NCBI GenBank assembly: GCA_963665485.1
Contig: OY762227.1
Coordinates: forward strand, 84,637-148,636
DNA length: 64,000 nucleotides
Reading direction: 5' to 3'
Origin: Bacteroidales bacterium
GTDB taxonomy: Bacteria; Bacteroidota; Bacteroidia; Bacteroidales; UBA4417
Shown: one piece after another, positions 57,266 to 64,000 of the stretch
Numbering within the stretch: the stretch's first letter is position 1
Layout of the letters: each line of letters begins with the position of its first letter
Position numbers and translations under genes: made by a program
The notes under the pieces: generated by a model
What the model was told of the DNA's origin: nothing
Seen by the model: the letters and a program-made list of their open reading frames with translations, nothing else
Database searches by the model: none

Positions 57266-57285
57266 TTCATTAAAGTATTGTCCTT

Positions 57286-58512
57286 GTGAACCTCCCGTTT
57301 TTCATAGCCCGCAGATACCTGATTTCGAAGAAATCGCACAACATTATCAACCTGATTTCGGGCATTTCGATGGTTGGTGTTGCTTTGGGAACGGCGGCAC
57401 TGATAATTGTGCTGAGCGTTTTTAATGGGTTTGAATCGGTAGTGGTTTCCTTGTTTTCAGTTTTCGATCCTGATGTCAGAATAACGGTTGTCGAGGGGAA
57501 ATCCTTCCATAACCACCAAATTGACGCTGATAAAATCCGAGCCATTCCCGGCATAATTAAATACACTGAGGTGGTTGAGGAAAATGCGCTTTTATATTAC
57601 AAAAAGCAGCAATTCCTGGCTACCATTAAAGGCGTGGATTCGCTTTACCAAGTCAACAGTCCCATTAACGACTCTTTGCTTGTAACCGGCAAAATGATAT
57701 TACAGGATGACAGCCTTGATTTTGCCATCCCAGGATATGGAATCGCGTATTTCCTCAACCTGGATATGAACGCGCCTGATAACCTGATATCGGTCTACAT
57801 TCCAAAGCGTAAAGGCAACATATCCGGGTTACCTCAGGAATCGTTCAGAAGCGAATTGATCAGACCTATCGCAATTTTTTCGGTTCAGCAGGATTTTGAT
57901 GACAAATACATGCTTGTACCCTTGCGTTTTGCCCGACGAATGCTCGATTATACTGATGAAGTTACCAGTATTGAAATCAGGTTGGCAAAAGGTGCGGATG
58001 TCCCGGTTATACAGGAAAAAATCAATTCAATTGTCGGATCAAAATTCAGGACACAGAACCGTTTTCAGCAGCAGGAAGTACTGTATAAAATCATGAAATC
58101 GGAGAAATGGGCTGTATTTCTGATACTTACATTTATCCTTATTGTTGCCTCATTTAATGTTATAGGATCGCTTACCATGTTGATACTTGATAAGAAAAAA
58201 GACATCGGCATACTTCGAAGCTTGGGAGCAAGAGATACGCTTATAAAGCAGATTTTCTTTTTCGAAGGATTGTTGATTTCCTTACTTGGCGCATTTTCAG
58301 GACTTCTGCTTGGTTTATTGGTTTGCGTGCTGCAACAGCATTTTGGCCTGATTAAACTCCAGGGGGGCGGATCGTTTATAATTAATGCCTACCCTGTAAA
58401 ACTGATCGCAACTGACTTTTTATATGTTTTTATAACAATCACATTGATAGGAACTGCTGCAGCCTGGTTACCGGTTAAGCGGATGGCAGTAAAATTGAGT
58501 AAATCGGTTTAG
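57286..58512 (+). CDS. FtsX-like ABC transporter permease (LolC/E-like)
   Basis: N-terminal FIARRYL..KKSHNIINLIS, a MacB-like periplasmic domain and a C-terminal FtsX 3-TM bundle (ILRSLGA motif). GTG start. Confidence 0.85.
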   Translation: MNLPFFIARRYLISKKSHNIINLISGISMVGVALGTAALIIVLSVFNGFESVVVSLFSVFDPDVRITVVEGKSFHNHQIDADKIRAIPGIIKYTEVVEENALLYYKKQQFLATIKGVDSLYQVNSPINDSLLVTGKMILQDDSLDFAIPGYGIAYFLNLDMNAPDNLISVYIPKRKGNISGLPQESFRSELIRPIAIFSVQQDFDDKYMLVPLRFARRMLDYTDEVTSIEIRLAKGADVPVIQEKINSIVGSKFRTQNRFQQQEVLYKIMKSEKWAVFLILTFILIVASFNVIGSLTMLILDKKKDIGILRSLGARDTLIKQIFFFEGLLISLLGAFSGLLLGLLVCVLQQHFGLIKLQGGGSFIINAYPVKLIATDFLYVFITITLIGTAAAWLPVKRMAVKLSKSV

Positions 58513-58677
58513 CCGGTGCCGGACTTTGTTGCACTAGCTATTTGCTAAGGCTTTTATTCCTTGAGTTCGTAGCTGATTAATTCAAGGCTCTTCAGCTCTG
58601 ACAGGCGCAAATACTTATTAATGAACAGATTAATAGATAAAGTTTAGCATCAAGAGGAAACACTTTAGTATAAAAAA

Positions 58678-58723
58678 TCCCGAAGTATTTCCCGGTTGAT
58701 AAACAACAGGTTATACTTCGGGA
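58678..58723. terminator. hairpin between convergent genes (candidate bidirectional terminator)
   Basis: An 11-bp perfect stem, TCCCGAAGTAT (58678-58688) / ATACTTCGGGA (58713-58723), with a 24-nt loop. It sits between the stops at 58512 (+) and 58772 (-). Confidence 0.45.
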
Positions 58724-58771
58724 CTTGCAGGTTACAACCAGAATGCGTTAAAATCATTCCGGAAATGACAA

Positions 58772-59638
58772 CTATTTCTTTTCCAGTAATTTAAAGAACT
58801 GATCCAACTGTGGTAAGATTACGATACGCGTCCTGCGGTTGGCAGCTTTACCATCAGCAGTCGAGTTGGAGGTAAGAGGTTGGTATTCGCTGCGACCAGC
58901 GGCAATAATACTGGCAGGATCAAGACCGTATTTAGTCTGAAGCAGACGTACGATTGTAGTGGAACGTTTAACACTTAAATCCCAGTTGTCGATCAGATCG
59001 CCTTTTTTAAAGGGAACATTATCAGTATGGCCTTCTACCATAAATTCCATGTTAGGTTGATTTTTCAGCACTTTGGCTACTTTGCCCAGCACTTCATTAG
59101 CCTTATCGGTTACATCGTAACTTCCGCTTTTGAATAACAACTTATCGGAAATATCAATAAACACGACACCTTTATCAACTTTAATATTGATATCCTTGTC
59201 ATCCATACTGCCAACAGCGCCTTTCAGATTCATAACCAAGGCCAGGTTGAGTGAATCTTTTTTGGCCATTGAGGTTTGCAGGTCTTTGATGTAAGCGTCT
59301 TTCATACCGAGATTTTCCATCGATTTTTTAATGCTTTCAGCCTGGGTACTCGAAATAACTGAGAGGGCTTCCAGTTGGTTCAAAACCACAGCACTGTTGT
59401 CTTTCAGCATCGACTTTTCTTTCATTAAGTCTGCAATCTGTTTATTCAGATCTTCAATTTGTTTCAGGTAATTGGCTTTTGCTGTTTCACAGGTATTCAG
59501 GTCACTCTGCTTTTTTGTGTATTGATCATTCAACGCTTCGAAACTGCTAACCTGTGATTTGTATTTTTTCTGGCTAACACATGATGACCCTAATATAAGT
59601 ACAACCAGGCTCATCATTAATAAGAATTTTGTTTTCAT
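58772..59638 (-). CDS. OmpA family lipoprotein with coiled-coil N-terminal region
   Basis: Lipobox (LGSSC). Coiled-coil region (LKQIEDLNKQIADLMKEK). C-terminal OmpA_C peptidoglycan-binding motifs (GHTDNVP, NWDLSVKRS, NRRTRIVI). Confidence 0.88.
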   Translation of the reverse strand: MKTKFLLMMSLVVLILGSSCVSQKKYKSQVSSFEALNDQYTKKQSDLNTCETAKANYLKQIEDLNKQIADLMKEKSMLKDNSAVVLNQLEALSVISSTQAESIKKSMENLGMKDAYIKDLQTSMAKKDSLNLALVMNLKGAVGSMDDKDINIKVDKGVVFIDISDKLLFKSGSYDVTDKANEVLGKVAKVLKNQPNMEFMVEGHTDNVPFKKGDLIDNWDLSVKRSTTIVRLLQTKYGLDPASIIAAGRSEYQPLTSNSTADGKAANRRTRIVILPQLDQFFKLLEKK

Positions 59639-60136
59639 TTTTTTTGTTTTAATTATAGAATTATATTAATTGTTTTGTGATTTTCAAATAGTTAGTATAA
59701 AGCATTAAAAACACTTTACTTCCAAACTTAGCTTAGCTCTTTCCGGGTTAAGACGCTGCAAAATTAAATAAGAATTTTATATGATGAAACGGATTTTCAT
59801 AATAACTTTTGTGTCAGCTAATTTTATGCCTTCCATTTTATTACACATAACAATAGTAACAGGCTAAAAGTTCGTGGTGAATCTTAAAAATCATCCGGGT
59901 CACCTACCTGAAAACACGACTTCAGAATGATACCTGGATTTAAATGATTCGGATAACAGATTCCGAAACTAATTAATTCACTTAAAATTTTTGCTGTATA
60001 TAAAAGGACGCACTCAAATTGGTATGAAAAGAATTACATCCGATTCAAAGCGAAGTAATTTAAGTTCAATCTTTAGTGCCATAAATTCAACTTATAAATT
60101 TTAAGCTCATGATTCAATTATTTTAATTGATCTTTT

Positions 60137-60145
60137 ATACCTATC
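60137..60145. repeat. target-site duplication, left copy (ATACCTATC)
   Basis: An identical 9-mer immediately flanks both IS termini (60137-60145 and 61445-61453). Confidence 0.85.
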
Positions 60146-61444
60146 CACTAGTGTCCACTTTAAACTAACTGAATAACAGTTGATTATAATTCAGTTCATT
60201 GACATCTTTGTAATCTATATTTGTAAACAGCTGTTTTACAGGCGTTTTATCAAGTAGGGATATGCCTAAGACCTGTAATATTTCGTAGGTCGAACGTTCA
60301 ATTTTAAGGTCGTGCCCTGCAATCGCCACCAAACAATAAGTGATGATTGCGGTGTAAATCTGGATACGAACAGCATTTTCAGAAGTTCCCCAAAAGGATT
60401 TTATCTTTAAATGTTGTTTTATCCACTTGAAGAATAACTCAACTTGCCAACGATTTTTGTAAAGCAACGCAATTTGTTCGGCTGTCAACTCAAAGTTATT
60501 GGTCAGGAAAACAAAAGTTCGCTTGGTTTCCACATCATAAAACTTAACTCTGCGTAATTTTTCAGGGTATTGTTTTGCTACATAAAACCCTGCTAGTTTC
60601 CCAATCTGATCGCATTGAACACCTTTAGTTTTATCAATTCTATTAGAGTACATTCTCGTAAAATTGAGATTAGATTTAGCTCTTATCACAAAATATGCTG
60701 AGTGATTGGTGATTTTATGGAGTCTGGTATAGTCAACGTAACCTCGGTCGAGAATATAGTATGCTTCAGTTTCGTAAGGAATTACATCCATTGCGTTTAC
60801 ATCATTTACGGATGCTGCTGTAACGTATATGAATGCTGGGATTTGTGTGGAAATGTCATAAAGTGTATGGAGTTTTATTCCTCCCTTTGCTTTACGAAAT
60901 TTGGCCCACCAAAATACATTCAGGCAGAGATCGATAGTAGAAGAGTCAAATGCATAGACTTTACCCTTAATCTCGAAATCATCATTAGCTCGTTTCCTTC
61001 TTGCAACATCAATAAGATGGTATGCAAACTCTTCAAATATCTTACTGTTACGACTCTCGTTCGCCTTTGCTAAATTACTCCTGATTACACTTTTACCAAA
61101 ACCCAGATGATAGGTTTTTCGACTGTGAGCATCAATAGCAACAATCAAATCACGAAGACTATCCCGATTGGTAAGTTGACCGAAAATCATACAAAGCAGC
61201 TGGTTCCAACATGTAAAGTATCTCACAAATTTATTACCTGAATACTTTGCTACATACCCGTCAAAAACTCTTTGCGGTAAGAACTCGATCAACTGTGCGT
61301 AAACATATTTGCCTTTATTCATGGTAACAGAAAATTTACCACCTAACTTAGGCATTTCAAATCGTCACGCAGCTAAAACGCTCGCAATATATAGATACAC
61401 AAGGATTTCAAAGAACGATTGTTAAAATTTAGTGGACACTAGTG
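60146..61444 (-). mobile_element. intact IS4-family-like insertion sequence (1299 bp)
   Basis: 14-bp perfect terminal inverted repeats: CACTAGTGTCCACT at 60146-60159, with its complement at 61431-61444. There is a single DDE transposase ORF and a 9-bp direct target duplication. Confidence 0.88.
60165..61322 (-). CDS. IS4 family DDE transposase with DUF4372-type N-terminus
   Basis: MNKGKYVYAQLIEFLPQRVFD...FTCWNQLLCMIFGQLTNRDSLRDL is DUF4372-like. DDE-region motifs include DSS, ILDRGY and YKNRWQVELFFKWIKQ. An alternative upstream ATG lies at 61355. Confidence 0.88.
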   Translation of the reverse strand: MNKGKYVYAQLIEFLPQRVFDGYVAKYSGNKFVRYFTCWNQLLCMIFGQLTNRDSLRDLIVAIDAHSRKTYHLGFGKSVIRSNLAKANESRNSKIFEEFAYHLIDVARRKRANDDFEIKGKVYAFDSSTIDLCLNVFWWAKFRKAKGGIKLHTLYDISTQIPAFIYVTAASVNDVNAMDVIPYETEAYYILDRGYVDYTRLHKITNHSAYFVIRAKSNLNFTRMYSNRIDKTKGVQCDQIGKLAGFYVAKQYPEKLRRVKFYDVETKRTFVFLTNNFELTAEQIALLYKNRWQVELFFKWIKQHLKIKSFWGTSENAVRIQIYTAIITYCLVAIAGHDLKIERSTYEILQVLGISLLDKTPVKQLFTNIDYKDVNELNYNQLLFS

Positions 61445-61453
61445 ATACCTATC
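61445..61453. repeat. target-site duplication, right copy (ATACCTATC)
   Basis: See the left copy. Confidence 0.85.
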
Positions 61454-61839
61454 ACGTAATCAGAAGATTTAGGTTTATGGTTCAAAAAATCGCACAATTT
61501 GACTTCCTATTTTTGAAATATGCTGTCAATCTCTGAATATGAGCTAAAAACGAGTTAACAAAAAAGAACATATGTTATTGATTTACTGATATATAGTTGT
61601 TAATAAATCGTTTGATAACTTATTAGAAGCCACCTAACGCTGGCATTTTTTTGTAATAACTTGCACATAAATTAGGCAGATTAACTAAAAAACTGCTTTC
61701 ACCAATGTATTACAAGGATAATATCGGATTACGCTATAAAACTATATTAAACATCTCGTACCCACCAATCAGTAAAAATCTGATGACAGACTGCTTAACT
61801 ACTTCCGGAATAATCAAGTTAAAGATTAAAACTACCGAC

Positions 61840-64000
61840 ATGAAGAAGTCACTATATAATCGAATCCAAAACAAGGTATTAGGATTAATTTTCATCCTTA
61901 TGCCTTACTTCTTTTGTGCAACCACATTAGCCGGACCAACGTCGTATATAGTAGATTATGGTTCAAATAACCTGACAAACCAGGCTGCGAGCAGTTTCCC
62001 CTTGGCCATTACACTTAATACCCGGAATAGTATAATCCCTGATTCTACGTTGAATTCATTTGCCGGAAGCGCGCAATATACACTCAACGGTTTATTAAGC
62101 AGGAATGCAAAATCAAATATCCTTGCTGTTACTGCCTTCGCTGCACCTCCTACCATAACTTGCCCGGGTAATAAAACGGCAAACACTGATCCGGGATTCT
62201 GCAGAGCATCAATAAGTGATCTTTCCGCTGCGATAAATGACACGGACGGCGATATTACAACCCTTACCTGGACAATGAACGGAGCGACCATAGCAGCTTC
62301 GCCAATTAGCGGAATAAACAATATACTCGGATCCTATAATTTTAATAAAGGTTTAACCTCCGTTACTTACAGAGTGACTGATGCGTTAGGTTCATCGGTT
62401 ACCTGCAGTTTTATAGTGACAGTGAGCGACAAAGAAATTCCAACAATCATTTGTCCCCCAAATGCTAATCTGACCATTCCCAGTTGTGCCAGTATTACAG
62501 ATCCTATTTCGTTTAGTCCGCTTTCATTGAGCGACAATTGCGGAATCAGTAGTTTTTCAAGTAATCCTGTACTACCTGCACAATTCTCATTGGACAGTAC
62601 TTCTGTAATATGGACGGCAAATGATGTTAATGGCAACTCATCACAGTGTACACAGCTTGTAACTGTTGTAAACGAATCTGCATTGAGCCTGACTACAAGC
62701 AGTACACCTGTAAGTTGTTTTGGTGGGAATAACGGCACAGTTACCGTTGCAGTAACGGGTGGGTCTCCTTCATATACTTATTCATGGAATACAGTCCCTG
62801 CTCAAACTACTTCAACCGCCACAAACCTGTTACCAGGAACTTACACTGTAACAGTTACTGATTTTTATGGTTGTACGGCAACTGCGTCTGCAACTGTTAC
62901 TCAGCCTGCTGCGGTTCTTACCGTTGCCGTTGCAAGCCAGGTTAATGTTGCATGCTTAGGCACTTCTACCGGTTCGGTTACAGCTGCCGGCAGTGGAGGA
63001 ACACCAGTTTATCAGTATAGTATTAACGGAGTAACATTCCAGGCAAGTGCTACATTTTCGGGTCTTGCAGCAGGCGCTTATACAATAACTATAAAGGATT
63101 CACGAAATTGTATCAACACTACTATTGCAACAATCACTCAGCCTGCAACATCCGTTTCCGGAACTATTGCCAGCCAGACTAATGTCTCATGTCTGGGTAC
63201 AGCTACCGGTTCTGTTACGATAGCCGGAAGTGGAGGAACACCACCTTATCAGTATAATATAAATGGAGGTGCGTTCCAGGTAAGTGGTATTTTCAGCGGT
63301 CTGGTTGCCGGCAACTATAATATTCTCGTCAGGGATTCTAAAAATTGCACTTTTGGTTTATCTGTTACCATTACTCAATCAGCTACAGCACTATCTGCTG
63401 CAATTACCAGCCACACTGATATTTTATGCTCCGGCGCATCAACCGGCAATGCAACCGTTGCAGCAAGTGGAGGAACTGCGCCATACACTTATTCCTGGAA
63501 TTCGGTTCCTGTACAAACTACTGCTGTTGCCAGCAACCTTATTGCGGGTGCTTATATTGTTACTGTTAAAGATGCATCCGGATGTACTGCAACCGCAAGT
63601 ATTACACTTATTCAGCCTACCCCGGTTGTTGTAACAGCAATCACTACAAATGTCGCTTGTTTCGGGGATAAAACAGGTTCTTCCACGGCTTCAGCCAGCG
63701 GAGGAAAGCCCCCTTACACTTATCTATGGCTCACAACACCTATGCAAAATGGCGCTACAGCTAATAACCTTGCAGCAGGCATTTATACTGTTGCAGTTTT
63801 TGATGCTTCAGGTTGTTACAAAGCAGCTGTTGTTACTATTTCCCAACCTGCTACCAAACTCACTGCTTCTATTACTAACCAGGTAAATGTGGTTTGCGCA
63901 GGCAGCAACACGGGGTCAATCACTGTTTCCGGAAGCGGGGGAACTGCGCCAATTCAATACAATATTAATGGAGGTGCATTTCAAGCCAGCGGTACTTTCA
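61840..64000 (+). CDS. giant cell-surface adhesin, 5' part only (signal peptide, 2 HYR-like domains, >=7 SprB-type repeats); runs off the window
   Basis: My own translation from the ATG at 61840 (MKKSLYNRIQNKVLGLIFILMPYFFCATTLAG...) is open for 720 codons to the window end. It contains HYR-like segments (PPTITCPGNKTANTDPGFC...; EIPTIICPPNANL...) and SprB repeats (VSCFGGNNGTVTVAVTGGSPSYTYSWN...TYTVTVTDFYGCTATASATVTQP). It is not in the supplied ORF track. Confidence 0.85.
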   Translation, partial: MKKSLYNRIQNKVLGLIFILMPYFFCATTLAGPTSYIVDYGSNNLTNQAASSFPLAITLNTRNSIIPDSTLNSFAGSAQYTLNGLLSRNAKSNILAVTAFAAPPTITCPGNKTANTDPGFCRASISDLSAAINDTDGDITTLTWTMNGATIAASPISGINNILGSYNFNKGLTSVTYRVTDALGSSVTCSFIVTVSDKEIPTIICPPNANLTIPSCASITDPISFSPLSLSDNCGISSFSSNPVLPAQFSLDSTSVIWTANDVNGNSSQCTQLVTVVNESALSLTTSSTPVSCFGGNNGTVTVAVTGGSPSYTYSWNTVPAQTTSTATNLLPGTYTVTVTDFYGCTATASATVTQPAAVLTVAVASQVNVACLGTSTGSVTAAGSGGTPVYQYSINGVTFQASATFSGLAAGAYTITIKDSRNCINTTIATITQPATSVSGTIASQTNVSCLGTATGSVTIAGSGGTPPYQYNINGGAFQVSGIFSGLVAGNYNILVRDSKNCTFGLSVTITQSATALSAAITSHTDILCSGASTGNATVAASGGTAPYTYSWNSVPVQTTAVASNLIAGAYIVTVKDASGCTATASITLIQPTPVVVTAITTNVACFGDKTGSSTASASGGKPPYTYLWLTTPMQNGATANNLAAGIYTVAVFDASGCYKAAVVTISQPATKLTASITNQVNVVCAGSNTGSITVSGSGGTAPIQYNINGGAFQASGTF
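62686..64000 (+). repeat. in-frame tandem coding repeats (~79 aa / ~237 nt), SprB-repeat type
   Basis: Recurrent ITQP(A/T)..L......Q.NV.C.G..TGS.T..GSGGT.PYQY.INGG.FQ.SG.F.GL.AG.Y.I.V.D...C units continue to the window edge. Confidence 0.8.

Noticed and set aside
60702-61073. 123-aa + ORF inside the IS element
   Set aside because: It is antisense to the transposase gene, and the IS4-like element is fully explained by the single DDE ORF.
61956-62738. Track ORFs 61956-62321(-) and 62367-62738(-), plus 63284-63634(+) and 63650-63886(+)
   Set aside because: All lie within or out of frame with the 720-codon open HYR/SprB-repeat frame starting at 61840. Their translations are low-complexity without motifs.
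1-64000. Scan for tRNA, rRNA and tmRNA genes and for prophage or integrase modules
   Set aside because: No T-loop/acceptor-like conserved strings (GGTTCGAATCC-type), no rRNA-like segments and no integrase or phage structural ORFs were recognised by eye. A tRNAscan/Infernal run would be needed to be definitive.

Overview
The window is a 64-kb chromosomal segment that looks like Bacteroidota. The evidence is many T9SS (Por) C-terminal sorting domains, Fibrobacter-type FISUMP lipoproteins, SprB/HYR adhesin repeats and TAnnTTTG-type promoter boxes. GC looks moderate by eye. YgiQ radical-SAM and DUF3795 genes hint at an anaerobe. I saw no rRNA, tRNA or CRISPR. Positions 1-28.6 kb and 47-59 kb are mostly housekeeping or accessory metabolism: CYTH, a DASS transporter, a metallophosphoesterase, a BNR/sortilin-like protein, an ECF sigma/anti-sigma pair, Usp, VOC, YgiQ, GNAT, a GMC oxidoreductase with an ALDH, an M28 peptidase, a Pif1/HRDC helicase, a LytTR two-component system, Tag, MtnA, an M20 amidohydrolase, a MazF toxin-antitoxin pair, an MsbA-like ABC exporter, RbfA, a methyltransferase, an LTA-synthase-like sulfatase, an FtsX permease and OmpA. 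Positions 28.9-46.9 kb form a same-strand island of about 10 secreted binding-module proteins (PPC repeats, BNR, Reg_prop+CBM, YD, BspA-type LRR, GLUG, FISUMP). Most carry T9SS CTDs that are mosaic at the DNA level, and two of the genes are frameshifted. Other notable points:
- A 23S-rRNA-IVS-type four-helix-bundle gene is bracketed by inverted heptanucleotide microsatellite arms, and solo heptamer arrays occur elsewhere.
- An intact IS4-like element has a 9-bp target duplication.
- A large HYR/SprB-repeat adhesin ORF runs off the 3' edge and is absent from the supplied ORF track.
- An anti-sigma factor appears to be fused to an outer-membrane-barrel-like domain.
- A 920-aa protein combines a PHP-like motif with a membrane domain.
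All family calls rest on motif recognition by eye. No searches were run.
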